DNA of 64,000 nucleotides, from assembly GCA_043228905.1 (NCBI GenBank), contig JBHGNT010000007.1, forward strand, positions 11,780,001 to 11,844,000, read 5' to 3'. Position numbers and translations under genes: made by a program. This document shows positions 1 through 12,860 of this stretch, in pieces. The DNA comes from Azolla caroliniana (lineage: Eukaryota; Plantae; Polypodiophyta). Below the pieces are notes generated by a model. The model ran no database searches, had not been told where the DNA came from, and saw nothing but the letters and a program-made list of their open reading frames with translations. Each line of letters starts with the position of its first letter. Position 1 is the first letter of the stretch.

Positions 1-3000
1 ATTCAGTTGTAGATACACGCCGGAGCAGAACGGCGTGGCCGAGAGGAAGAATCGGTCAGTTGTGGAAGCAGCACGGGCAATGCTGGAGGAGAAGAGCTTG
101 CCCAAGTTCTACTGGGCCGAGGCGGTAAGGACCGCGGTATACATCCAGAACCGGATCGGAGACAAAGTGTCGGCACACGAGCTATATTTCGGAACGAAGC
201 TGAACTTGCGACACTTGAGGTTTTTCGGTAGCATTGCGTATGTACATGTACCGAAGGAGAAAAGGAGGAAGTTGGATGCAAAGGCCGAGAAGTGCATCTT
301 GGTCGGTTACTCGGACGAGCAGAAGGGTTATAAGTGCTATAACCCTCGCACCAAACAAGCGCGTGTCAGCCGCGACGTTGTGTTTGACGAGTCCGCGTCC
401 TGGTACCTGCCCCCGACTCGGGATGCCGACTCCAATACGAGTTCTGACGATGAGGTCAACGAGGCCAAGATGCCTCCGGATGAGCCCGAAATCAAGACCC
501 GCGAAGAGAGTCCGATTTCACTCAGGTTAAGTGGACCGATTGGACGATTGAGTCGGTACGACCAGTCCGATGAAGAGCCGGCGAGTAGTGGAGACTCGGC
601 CGTGCATTCCCCGCGCAGGAAGCCGAGGAGACGGCTTACGCGCAAAGAGAAAGGGAAGAAGAAGGTGTCGGATTCCGGCACGGAAAGGAACGAGTCAGAC
701 CGACGCGAGTCCGACTCCGAGGGAACCGGTGACGGGTCTTTAAAGGTGAAGACCGCGTCGACCGAGAAGGCCTCGACATCAGCTAATGTGAGATTACGCC
801 GATCTACACGCCAGAAGAATACTGTTTTGCGGTTCGGATACAAAGAGTACATGGAGCATCATTATGCGTACATGACCCGTGTAGTGGAAGTGCGTGAGCC
901 GGAAAGCTACGTAGAAGCGGCTAAAGACGCGAATTGGCGTGCCGCGATGGAGGAAGAGATGCACGCATTGGCGGAGAACGAGACCTGGGACCTGGTTGAT
1001 GCACTAAAAGGGGTAAAACCGATCGGGTGTAGGTGGGTGTACAAGGTCAAATACAACACCGATGGCTCGGTCAACCGGTACAAGGCTCGGCTAGTGGCAA
1101 AGGGCTACACGCAGAAACACGGCATCGAGTACGATGAGACGTTTGCGCCGGTCGCGAAAATGACGACCGTCTGTGTTTTGCTCGTAGTAGCCGCGGCCAA
1201 GGGGTGGCACTTACATCAAATGGATGTAAAGAATGCGTTCCTGCAAGGTGATCTTGAGGAATAGGTGTACAAGGTACAACCCCCCGGATTTCACTCTGGA
1301 ACGAACTCCCCGGCAGTATGCTGACTGAAGAAGTCCCTTTACGGACTGAAGCAAGCCCCGCGTGCCTGGAACGCGAAGATCACGCAACAACTGCGTCGGA
1401 TGGGCTTCGTCACGACAAAATCAGACTCTTCCCTGTTCATCCGGAAAGGTTGACTCGGACCGGTTAGTATTTTACTATATGTTGATGACTTGGTCATCAC
1501 CGGCGCCGACCTCGGTGAAATCGACAGCGTGAAGCTCCAGTTTGCGGCATCGTTCGACATGAAGGATCTGGGGGACCTTCATTACTTCCTCGGGATCGAA
1601 GTGATCCGTACCCCCGAAGGCATATTGATCGGCCAACGTCACTACGTGCTGAGTGTGCTCTTCAAATTCGGGATGGCCAACTGTAAGACCGTCTCGACTC
1701 CTCTAGACAAAACTGTCAAGCTTCGTCCCGATGCGGGAAAGGTATGCGACTCGACGAGGTTCCGAGAAATTGTCAGAAGCCTCATATACTTGACCATCAC
1801 CCGACCCGACCTCGGTTATCCGGTCGGAGTGATCAGTCAGTTCATGGCGCGACCTACCGAGGAGCACCTTTAGTGTGCGCAACGCGTACTGCGGTACATA
1901 AGTGGCACTAAGGACCGAGGACTGCTATATCGGACCGGTGCAGCCGCGCAGTTAGTCGTCTACACTGATGCTAATTGGGCTGGCAACGCCGCCGATCGCC
2001 GATCCACGTCCAGATATGCGTTCTCCTTCGGGAGTGCCGCGATCGCGTGGAGCAGTAAGAAGCAGCCGGCAGTTGCACTGTCGAGCACCGAAGCTGAGTA
2101 ACGAGGAGCGGCTGTCGTGACATGCGAAGCCATATGGTTGAAGCGGCTACTTAAGGACCTGCAAGAGGAGGTGTCAGATCCAACGACGATCTACTGCGAC
2201 AACCTCAGCAGCATCCAGCTCGCGAAAAATCCCGTTTTCCACGCACGGACCAAGCACATTGAGGTGCACTATCATTTCATCCGTGAGCGTGTTCGACGGA
2301 TTGGCAGATTGCCGACATCTTCACCAAGCCTCTTGGTCTAGACAAGTTGCGGCAATTCTCAGGTGCGCTCGGATTGCGTCACCTCGACGTGCCAAACTTG
2401 AGGGGGAGAACAGTCTCGAACGACCAAGCAAGGCGGCAGGAAAGGAGCGGAGACTGCGACACCGAGTCCGAGTCGGTAGACTCGGTTGTCGAGTTCGAGT
2501 TCGGATCGGCTGAAGAAGCCAAGGGCGGACCCGCGGAAAAGTCCGGAAGTAGACAGAAGGGGAGCAACCGAAGGAAAGAGCCAAAGCCAACCTCGCATAG
2601 GGGAGACAACGCCATCGAGGACGAGAAGACCGAAGACGAGTTGGAGACAGCCAACTCGGACGAGAGCGAAAACCGATCGGAGATAGCCGAGTCGGTTCGG
2701 ATGTTTGATTCAGACACGTTGAATCAACCGAGGCCCAAGTGGAAGAAAAGGCAGCAGAAGAAGTGTCGACACCGCAATAGCAGAAGAGCTGATAAGGGCC
2801 GCATTAGCAGACAAGCCGACCGGAAGGGTCGAAGCGCATGGAGTCGAACAGGTCGAGGAGTGCGAGCGAGGCGTGAAGCCAGGAGGAACCGGAGCTGTGA
2901 GCACGAGGATCCCGAAGAGCCTCGAGTTGAGCTTGAGGGGGAGTGTTGAGAGACAAGCTCAATATCGGCCAGATTGGCTGAAGAAGCCGAGGACCGGATC

Positions 3001-3335
3001 GGTTGGGACCGATCGGTTAGGCCGAGTACATAAACCGGGAGGTCGTTAGGAAAGATATTCCGTGAGGAATATATTTGGGAGTTAGTGTAGGAGCTCTTGA
3101 TGAGCATTGAAGTACTGTCAGTACTTCGGTCAGTCCTTGTAGGACTTGTATAAAAGTGTTCACTGAGCACGTCTTATGTACAGACTGAGTATTATTGTTG
3201 AATATAGTTTTTTGTGTCTTCTCTCTCACTCTCTCTGTCTCTCATGCGTATACCGTGTAAGCTCAAGGTCTCCATTAAACCTGAGTTTCCTTCCTTCTGT
3301 TCGGTCTTCATACTTGCTTCCGCACGCTACTTTCA
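1..3335 (+). mobile_element. Ty1/copia family A, copy 1 (3' part: integrase C-terminus, RT, RNase H, PPT, 3' LTR); 5' end lies outside the window
   Basis: INT motif EQNGVAERKNR, RT motifs KARLVAKG / QMDVKNAF / YVDD and RNase H motif RTKHIEV, in copia order. Several in-frame stops. PPT CTTGAGGGGGAG at 2932-2943, then LTR TGTTGAG...TTTCA at 2944-3335. Confidence 0.95.
2944..3335 (+). repeat. Copia-A 3' LTR
   Basis: Matches the LTRs at 22759, 32636/37841 (reverse) and 47753/53034. TG...CA ends. Confidence 0.92.
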
Positions 3336-3784
3336 ATGAAAAAAAAGAAGGGTGGTCGCCAATTTTGTTTTCAATGAAAAAGGAATAAAATTCCTTAAAC
3401 CCGCTACACTATAAGACTAGATTTGAAGCGTGCACCTCTAGCTAGTAGTCAATGTGACTATCCACTAGCCCACTAACTCTCTCTTATACAATATATAATT
3501 CTATCTCTAAAAATTCTTAGCCAGTCTCTGCTCTACATTTTATCTCTCTTCTCTCTTACATTTTGCACGGGCTTCTATGCATCCTTTCCACCCTTTCTTT
3601 TCCCATTTATTTTGCATATGCACAAATAATGGCTTTTGTGTGCACACACATTGCACATGCACATTTTTTTACCCCCCCCCCTTTCGTCGGTTTTTCCCAC
3701 TCTCGAGCACGCCACATCACGACATCCACCCCCACCAAACTGCACATCATCCGTTATGTGCCAAGAATGGCGGCCTGAGGGTGG

Positions 3785-6700
3785 TCAATAGTTCATTTCC
3801 TCCTCCAGATTGACCCCACGACTTGTTTTTTGCTCGCCTTTATCTTCGTCAAGGTCATCGAGGTTTGGTTCCTTGTGATGTCTCTTTTTGAAGATTTTGA
3901 CCCGCTTCCCTACTATTGGTACTGCCAGCTTATTCCCATCGAGTTTAGCGAGGTGGTAGATAGCATTATCGTTTGCACTCATTACCACGTACGGCCTGAA
4001 CCATCGCTTTGCGAATTTTCACATCGAGCTTTGTTGATTGTCGAGACTACTATCATATACAATCACCCAATCTCCTTCATCGATCTTCCGAGGGCGTAGT
4101 CGGTGTGTCTAATCGAATTGGGCTTTGTTACTTAGCCTAGCCGCTTCTAACCTCTCCTTTGCCAACTCCAAGTCTTTGGGTCTTCTCTCAAGTTGCCTTA
4201 TCCTTGTGGCTAGAAGCTCTTCTCGACTCATCTCATTTTCCCACAACATCACTACCCATGAAGCGATCATGTCTTCAATGGGCATCACCGGCTTTTGTCC
4301 GTACATGAGTTCAGCTCGCATGAAACCTGTAATTGAGCTATGAGTTGTTTTGTCGGCCCACAAGGCATAAGGTAGTAACCGAGGCCAATTCCCGACTCGC
4401 CCATCACAAGCTCTTACACTAGCTTTTACGATAGGCCCGTGTCAGCATTCTATCTTTCCATTAGCCTCTGGGTTATAAGCGGTCGTGAGAGAGAGCTTCA
4501 CTCCAAGTCGTTCAAAGAGCTCTGTAGCTTCGTGAGCATTCAACTCTCCTCTGTTGGCCACTATCTTTCCCACATATTAGTACCGACATATAACATCCTC
4601 GAGTAAGAATTTACACACCCCCGCCGTTGTTTTGTTTGCTAAGGCTCACCCTTCTACTTGGTTTGTTAGGTCTTCTCTTCCTAGCACCAAATATTTCATT
4701 TGGCCCACTCCCATCGGCATCAAAACCAAACCCACCATCCATTTGAAGTGTATGGTGAGTGGGTAGGTTGGGGGCAACTCGTCCTTATGGCGTATGTTGG
4801 AGTGTATCTGGAAACTTTCACATGTCCCCACGAAATGGGCAACATCCTTGTACATTCCCGGCCACCAATACTTCTCCTTTAACTTCTCGAATGTTGCCCA
4901 CATTCCTCTATGGCCCGCCCAAGGACTCTCGTGGAACTCAGACACCAATGTTGTATGGTCCTCTTCCTTTATGACCACTCGTTGTGGCGTCCCCGTCCTT
5001 CTCTTTGGGTGCTTCCAGAGGAATCCCCCTCGTAGAAAGTACTTGTACGCTTTCTTTCGGACTCTCCATGCTTCCTCCTTCGACCATGAATTATCCACCA
5101 TCATTGAGCTTAAGAACTTGCCAATGTGTAGCCACTCCCCTTCGTATTCACTTTCGTTGAAGGCGTGGAGCACTCGCACATCTTGATCATCTATAGACGC
5201 TTGGGCCGTCTTAAAGAAGTCAAGAGCGAGATCCTCATCTTCAGACACCATGCCGCTTTCGCCCTCGAATCTTGCCCTCGATAGCATATCTGCCATGGCA
5301 TTGTTCTTCCCTAAAATGTGGTGAATCTCCGGGTTCATTGATTTGATGTAAGCAATCCACCTTAGCATAGCTAGGTCAGGTGTTGCACATCCCGAAACCA
5401 TCCCTAGGATTGGAAGGCAATCCGTCTCTATTACTACCTCCGACCCGATTAGGTAATCTTTATCCATCTTTACTGCGGACACAATACCCCAAAGCTCACG
5501 TTTTACTTGGGTGTATCCTCATTGTCGCTCGCTTAAGACCTTGGCTCCGAACCAGATGGCGTAGCGTGTACCATCCTCTCCTTCTTGGTTTATGACCCAT
5601 CTGATACCTGTTGGACTTGTATCTACCGTCACGTAGATGGGCACCCCTTCCTTGTATACGGCTTTTTGTAAAGTTGGTGCCGCTACCAACATTCCTTTGA
5701 GCCTCTTCATTGCCTCTGTGTGCTCTTCCTCCCACTTGATCTTCTGCCCCTTCTTGAGTAGCCCATACAAGGGCTTGGCTAGGTGAGCATAGTGTGGGAT
5801 CTAGATGTGGTAGAATGCACAGGCACCAAGAAATCGCTTCACCTCTATTTGCGATTTAGATTCTTCCCTCATGTTTGTGATGGCATCCACCTTTGCCAGG
5901 GATGGCTTCCATCCGTACGCCCCACACACGTGTCCCACCACAAGGATCTCCGGTTGGCCGAATGCCGATTTCTCACCCGAGAAGGTCAAGCGTGCATCTT
6001 CGAGTCTTTGTAGAACCTTCTTGCAATTGGAGATGTGATATGCCACAAAACGTCTGCACCCATCCTCGTCCAAGGTTTCATCTTTCTCCGCTTCAGAGCA
6101 CCCTTTTATGGGGATGTCATCGAGGAATGGCATGGTGATGTTGGGGATGCAATCTCTCAATACCTTGTTCATTGCATTTACCATGTGGGCTACAGAGTTA
6201 GTGCCTCCTTGTGGCAAGGTACACATTTGCACTAGGCCAATAGGGGTCCGCATCGTCGTGATGTCCCTACTCTCCACAACTAGTTGGAATTGATCATACC
6301 CCGAGTATAGATCACCGATCGAATAAATAGACCTTCCAGCAAAGGCCTCGGCGAATTCGTCAATGCTTGGTCCGACCCAGACATTTCGAATTGTCACTTG
6401 ATTAACAGCTTGTTGGTCCTGGATGAAGTGTAAGGTGTCGTTCTTCTATGGGGCGCTTGATGGCTCGAGGATACCCATCTCGATCTTTTCCTTGAGTAGC
6501 TCAATCAACTTCAGGATGTCAGCTCTCGGGACCGGGATTGGCTTAATGTTGCACGGTACATGCGGCACTGTGAAGATCACCATTGGCTCCACGATCTTAG
6601 GGTTTACACACCCTATCTCACCGGACGAGAAGGCGAAAGCCCTTCCGTGGATTTCAATCATCCTTCTAAATCTTTCCTCCTCCCTAGGCAATAAGAAGCC

Positions 6701-9376
6701 ATCCCCACCAATCCGGAGCTTCTGTCGCGTCTTGTCGGTGAACCGGTGCCCTATGCCTCGTGGGTCCCGCAAGCTAGGATCAGCCGCTACCCCCTTTATC
6801 TGATCCCAACTATTGTTAGGCAATGGGGCAGCCACATGCTTCACCTTCTTGTACTTTGTTTGCACCTTGACCTTCCTCGCTTCCTCAATCAACCGCCCAA
6901 GCTCTTCGATGGCGGTGTACATGTCAACTGAGTTGACTGGAATTACCTTGTCTTCATTGAGGCCCGAAATGACTACCCTCTCCATCTCTTTGAGAGTGTC
7001 TTCGAACGAAACCGCCTCCATGGAGCTGCTTATGGTGTCATCTTCTCCCAATCAATTACATTGTTTGAGATACCTTTCAGATCTCTTGGCCCTAGACTTA
7101 TCTCTATCACTTAAACTAGTAATTTTACAAGCTCCATTTTCAGAGAACCAAAATTGTTTCCTATTACATTTAATAGTTTTACAAGGGTTTAGGGTCTCAG
7201 TTTGCCTCGGGCTATTGCGGCCCCACTCTTTAATAGCCCGAATAAAAAATCCTCTTAGTTATCCGCTTTGAGGGAGGCTCGATTGCGCTCATGGTTGGGC
7301 CTCACTGTAAGGAATTGGACTGAATGCTTCTCATCTTGGCTCTTGACCCTCGCATATGCCGACCCGTTGTCTAGCACCTTCGTCTCCATACGAGCCGTTG
7401 TGATGTATGGTTCACCCAAGATGACCGGGTGCGAGGACGTCTCTTGAACAAAGAAATGTTGATCTATTTCTACATCCCCCACCTTCACACATACATTCGG
7501 GCAAGCCACGTATAACTCCTCGGTTGCTCGGGTCACCACTCTAATCTTCCACCCGTGCTTCATGTTGATCGGCCACTTTCCCTTTTTATAAAAGTTCAAG
7601 GACATAAGGTTTATCTCAGAGCCATGGTCGATCAATGCTACAACCGGCTCTTTTACATCTCTGACCCGTACCGGTGTCTCCGTTGTCGCTCTCGCCCAAT
7701 GCGGCCTCATGTAGTGACTGTCCGCATAGTCTTCGTCTTCCTCGGGAACCTCAGTTGACAATGCATTTACAGTCGCGGGCTTTGCCACTTCTTGCTCTGT
7801 CGAGAGCCGCTTCCTCTTCATTAGGTCGATGATGACCTCGTGGAATTCTTTCTTGGCAATTCTGAGGACCTCTCGCAGAGTAAACTCTACGTGACTATCG
7901 AGGATCCTTTCAAGTCCGTTGCTTGTTAGATCTCTGAGCAAAGCTTAAAGTTGGGGGGGTTCACCTTCTCTTTCCATCTTTCGTCGCATGCTTGAGACTG
8001 GTTCGGTTCTTCCCTTCTTCGTACACCTCGAGCGTCGTATTTCCTTGATGGACCGGCTCCCTCGTCATTTCCTACCTTCTTCTCTTCTACCATTACTTCG
8101 TAGTTTTGGCAAGCGGCTTCCACTAAGCCTGTCTTTTCTTCCACCGGATCCTTCCACCCGGTTGCTTCTTGGACCCTTCTTTCCGCTTTGTCCACTTCTT
8201 CTCTTTTGAACTTCCCCTTAGAGAGGCTTCCAAGGATTGACGGCCAAAAGTCAAACTCTTTCTCCTCTTGCCTCCTCACATCTTTCCCCACTCGGATCCA
8301 AGCCGATGCCGAGTAGTGGACGGCTTCAACATGTCGTGCTTCGGCCTCCTCCATTAGCCTTCTCATGCCCCCTCGGCCTTGATTCAATCCCAAGGGGCGC
8401 CTTGTCTCCGTTGAATAGACCCTATTGTTCGAAAGATAGACAATATCCTTTCTTAGGGTCCCTTGAAAGTCTCCACACTCCCTTCGTAGGTGGTCGGGGT
8501 TGTCGCACCACATACATCTTTGCGCGAACGGGGGACGTCGATCTTGAGGGCCGCCACTCTCTCTCCTAGCTTGCGCTATTTGGAGATCTCGCACCATCTT
8601 TGTGAGCTCGTCTATTCCCGACCCTCCCGACGGTGCTTCAACCATGTTTCTCTCAGGGACGAACCCTGCATTTGCTTGCTCTCTTTCTTGAGGTATTCTA
8701 CCACCCCTAGGTTCGTGTGTCTCACTAATGGAGCCTGTGGATGTTTGGCCACTCAACAGAGACCCGTCGTTCCATTCCCTTCTCTTATCGAAACGCCTAC
8801 AAACCCATTTTACCAAAGCCCAATCCGTCGTGACCCATCATCAGTTTCGAGGAGGGGCCCCACCTTCTCTCGGTCTCGTGCATCAACAGTCTTTATGAAT
8901 AGTAGGACCTTGCTTGTGTCAAGCACCATCCTATCGAGAGCTGAGACTCGCGCGAAGCGCTTCTCAAATTCTTGTAAAAGTACCATAGTATTTCTCCCCT
9001 TGCCGGGAAGCTCAACCCACTCCATTAGATCCCTTTTCGAAATTCTGAGTGAGTCATCAAGGCCGTACTTCTCGAGGAGTCTTTCTTCGAACTCCACCCA
9101 ATTGCAACAGTCTTCTTGGATCTCGAGTACCTCTGCGGGGATACTCAGCGTTACCACTTTAGCGAATCCGGTTAACCGCCTATCTTTGGGGACGTTTCGC
9201 ATAAGCATTTCGGCCTTATAGGCATCCAAGTAGCTCGTGATATCTCTTCCATTGAACCGATCCGTTGTGCTGACCACCGTCTCTATGGCCTGGTCTAGGC
9301 CGGTGATGCCATCCCGGGCATTTGCAAAGCGGTCCACTGCCGCCGCCATCGCTTCAGCGAGTTCTCCTCCTCGCAT
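3785..9376 (-). pseudogene. Gypsy gag-pol, broken by frameshifts and stops
   Basis: Gag CCHC knuckle CMWCDNPDHLRREC, protease LIDHGSEIN, RT GDLYSGY / LPQG / FLDD, RNase H DTS...ETDC...NAMADMLSR, INT zinc finger HESPWAGH, GPY/F-like C-terminus. Confidence 0.9.
7207..7252 (-). promoter_or_regulatory. Candidate -1 ribosomal frameshift signal (slippery site plus stem-loop) between protease and RT
   Basis: Minus strand reads G GAT TTT TTA in the PR frame, followed by a perfect 10-bp stem TCGGGCTATT/AATAGCCCGA. The next ORF (6446-7051) is in the -1 frame. Confidence 0.55.
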
Positions 9377-9400
9377 CTTGGTTCACCCTTGCCGCCCTTT

Positions 9401-9416
9401 CAAGTCAGGTTCACCA
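9401..9416 (-). promoter_or_regulatory. Primer binding site, probably tRNA-Trp
   Basis: TGGTGAACCTGACTTG lies 5 nt inside the LTR end. It resembles the complement of the plant tRNA-Trp 3' end (from recall). Confidence 0.65.
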
Positions 9417-9421
9417 ATTTA

Positions 9422-11540
9422 TGTCGCGAAGTTTCGCGCACGTGTGTTACTTGGGCGGGACCACAAGGGTCTTGGATTGGGGAGTACTCAAGGGATAGAG
9501 AAGACCCGAGGTTTGCTTTATGATAATACTACTTCCCAACCCCTTCCCGAGCAAGGTCTCATTGCCCTTGTTTTGTGAGAACGGTGGCTCTCGTTGATCA
9601 CGACTCGTCAACCTTTCGATATCACCGCACGAGCCAAGTGACCAAACGGGTACAAGCAAGATGAGGACGCAAGATGAACACACAAGGGTCGATAACACAC
9701 GCACAAATGCTCGTACGCCTTTATGAGGAGGATAGGTGCATGGGCATGCCCGAAACACTCCCTCGTCACGAGACGGATGAACGTACGAGGAAGACACAAA
9801 CACACACACAAAATGCTCGTATGCCTTTATGAGGAGGAGAGGTGCATATGCAAGCCCAATCGCTCCCTCGTCATGAGACGACCGAACGTACAAGGAAGAC
9901 TGAAACACGCGCACAAAATGCTCGTACGCCTTTATGAGGAGGAGAGATGCATGGGCAAGCCCAAACGGTCCCTCGTCACAAGACGGCCGAACGTACAAGA
10001 AAGACACACACGCAAAAAATGCTCGTACACATTTATGAGGAGGAGAGGTGCATGGGCAAGCCCGAAATGGTCCCTCGTAACAAGACAACCGAACGTACAC
10101 GGAATACACAAACACACGCACAAATGCTCGTATGCCTTTATGAGGAGGAGAGGTGCATGGGCAAGCCCGAAACGGTCCCTCGTAACAAGACGGCCGAACG
10201 TACACGGAATACACAAACACACACACAAATGCATGTACGCCTTTATGAGGAGGAGAGGTACATGGGCAAGCCCAAACGGTCCCTCGTCACAAGATGGCCG
10301 AATGTACAAGAAAGACACAAACACCTCGTCACAAGACGGCCGAATGTACAAGAAAGACACAAACAAACGCAAAAAATGCTCGTACGCCTTTATGAGGAAG
10401 AGAGGTGAATGGGCAAGCCCGAACGGTCCCTTGTCACAGGACGGCCGGATGTACAAGAAAGACACAAACACATGCACAAATGCTCGTACGTCTTTATGAG
10501 GAGGAGAGGTGCATGGGCACGCCTGAAACGCTTCCTCGGCACAAGACGGCCGAACGTACAAGGAAGACATGAATAAAGAAAGAAGGAGAGAAAGAAAAAC
10601 GAATGATATTGACCAAAGAGATAAACACTTGTTCGATTCCAACGCAAGAGGACCCTTTATAAAATAGGGTTTTATTTACAATGGCAACTTATAGTTAACC
10701 ACAAGCTCAATCAAAACAAAAATACTAAATGCCCTTAGAGACAAAAGCAAATCCGAACACGGTGAAGATGAACACACGAGCACCACCAAAATGCCAATCC
10801 TAACAAACCATGACCACCCGAACGGTGAGCACACAGGCTCGCAACGACGAACGGGGCAGAGCAATGTTGAACCAACGAAGTTTGGGCTCACGAGCACTTC
10901 GACTGCCGACGTGAAGAAGACGAGCACGTGGCGATGGGGGGGATGAAGGGGTATGAGATGAAGAGAAGTGGTGAATAAGAAGATGAAGAGCTCCGAAGGA
11001 AAATTGGCGATAGTCTCCTCCTCCCAAAACGTCCTCCCGAATGAGCCCCCTCGACCTCCTTTTATAGGAAAACAAAGAAGGGGGGTCGCCAATTTTGTTT
11101 TCAATGAAAAACGTCCTCCCAAATGAACCCCCCTCGACCTCCTTTTATAGGAAAACAAAGAAGGGGGGTCGCCGATTTTGTTTTCAATGAAAAAGGAATA
11201 AAATTCCTTGAACCACGCTACATTGTAAGACTAGATTTGAACTGTGTATCTCTAGCTAGTAGTCAATGTGGCTATCCACTAGCCCACTAACTCTCTCTTA
11301 TATAATATATAATTCTATCTCTAAAAATTCTTAGCCAGTCTCTCCTCTACATTTTATCTCTCTTCTCTCTTACTTTTTGCACGGGCTTCTATGCATCCTT
11401 TCCACCCTTTCTTTTCCCTTTTATTTTGCATATGCACAACTAATCTTTTTTGTGTGCACACACATTGCACATGCACATTTTTTTACCCCCCTCCCCCTTT
11501 CGCCGGTTATCCCAACTCTCGAACACGCCACATCACGACA
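9422..11540 (-). repeat. Gypsy 5' LTR (about 2.1 kb)
   Basis: Inverted terminal TGTCG(C/T)GA, adjacent PBS, and identity to the 3336-3724 remnant. Confidence 0.88.
9695..10570. repeat. Tandem array of 8 units of about 105 bp inside the Gypsy LTR
   Basis: Anchor TTTATGAGGA at 9720, 9826, 9931, 10032, 10137, 10242, 10389 and 10493. Confidence 0.92.
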
Positions 11541-12460
11541 ACGCGTAAGATGACTATGTAGAAGTGCTAACGGCAAGTACACAATATATAACCCTAATGA
11601 ACTATATTACTCGCTCACTGTTATGTACAATTCAAGCCCCTTAAATAAGTAGCCGATAAGATACAAATTGGTATCCTTTTAGATGGTAACATCCTTCTAG
11701 ATTCGACATTTCTACTAGTACCTCTTCAAATCTAGTAATGTTTACAATGCTTCCTATGAATAACAACACTCAAAACTATTAATTTATTTGTCCCAGCTTT
11801 GACACTTTGTTCGGATCCTTCTAGATTCTAGTCCTTTGTCTTTACTCCTCCAACTCTCCAGTTCTCCGACTTTCTGACTCCGACCCTATCAAAGCTACAT
11901 TGGGCAACACCTCGCATGCTTGTGGGACAGTGCATTGCACGTCAGACCCACATTACATTAGCTCTCCTCGAATATATCTAGAATGCTATGTTGTATGTCC
12001 TTCATTCCGTCATGCTGGCTTTCCACTTGTTGTTGTTCGTCCTCCACAGTTTGTGGTAGTTCCTCCTCTTGAGTTCACTGTTTCAAAGGCTCGTGCTTCA
12101 CCGGCTGGTCCAGCTTGTGCTCCGTGTGTGTCTGTTCCCGCTTGTCCTCCGGCTCTATACTACTCAAGTACTCGGCGATGATGGTTATGCCCCTGGTAAT
12201 GGTAGATATCGAAGTCGAATTCTTGGAGCAGGGTCCACCGGGCCAATTTGCCTGTCAATGAGGCTTTGTGCACCAAATAGAGTGGCATAGAGTGATCCAC
12301 ATGGAATGAAAACTTCTGGCCTAGCAAATACTACTAGTACTTATTGACATTTTCCGTTGTAGAGTAATTTTGCTCCGCTCTAGATAGCTTTCAGTTTGCG
12401 TAATACACGGGCCGGGTTCTTCACTGTCAATATTTGTATGATAGCACACGAGTTCATCAA
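11541..12460 (-). mobile_element. Old Gypsy remnant: RNase H fragment, putative PPT and start of an LTR
   Basis: Minus strand 12170-12420 translates in pieces to PVYYA..KLSRAEQNYSTTE..HVDH..KLARWTLL.QEFDFDIYH. CGAGGAGAGCTAA is followed by TGTAATG at 11957. Confidence 0.55.
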
Positions 12461-12860
12461 AAGGGGTTTAAATTAACCATTGAGATACAATATATATATA
12501 TAAGGGTATAAATAATTAGTTGAAAATATATTTACATAAGGGTATTATCAATTATGCTAGAGAAATAAAATTACATAAGCCCATGAAATATTACATATTT
12601 CAATGAGATAGTAAAGCATATATTATGCAAACAATGCTCAAGTTTGGAGTAGCATACATACATATATATACATGCATGCATGCATATATACCTACATTTA
12701 AACATTACATCCATGATTCATGAATATGTATATATACATATTACACCCGTTTATACATGCATGCTAACTAAACATGAATATATTATATTTGTACAAATAT
12801 ATATTACCATATGTAAATACATACATACACATAAATAAATACATTACATACTATATATAA

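Larger units (their letters stand above)
3336..11540 (-). mobile_element. Ty3/gypsy non-chromovirus element (Phygy/Athila-like architecture), degenerate; 3' LTR interrupted by copia-A copy 1
   Basis: 5' LTR at 9422-11540 (ends TGTCGTGA...TCGCGACA). The 3' LTR remnant at 3336-3724 matches about 11150-11540. PPT at 3725-3739. Domain order gag-PR-RT-RH-INT. No chromodomain seen. Confidence 0.92.

Noticed and set aside
337-852. Recurrent antisense ORFs in copia copies (also 20256-20756 and 35057-35572)
   Set aside because: Shadow frames of the GC-rich INT-RT linker. Recurrence only reflects copy identity.
9447-10642. Long ORFs (236-259 aa) on both strands and a regularly spaced array
   Set aside because: By-products of the 105-bp tandem repeat. 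The units are repeated in full with no unique spacers, so this is not CRISPR.
11557-11899. TGTAG...CTACA as a solo LTR
   Set aside because: The flanks (GACTA / TTGGG) do not form a TSD. Better explained as part of the LTR starting at 11957.
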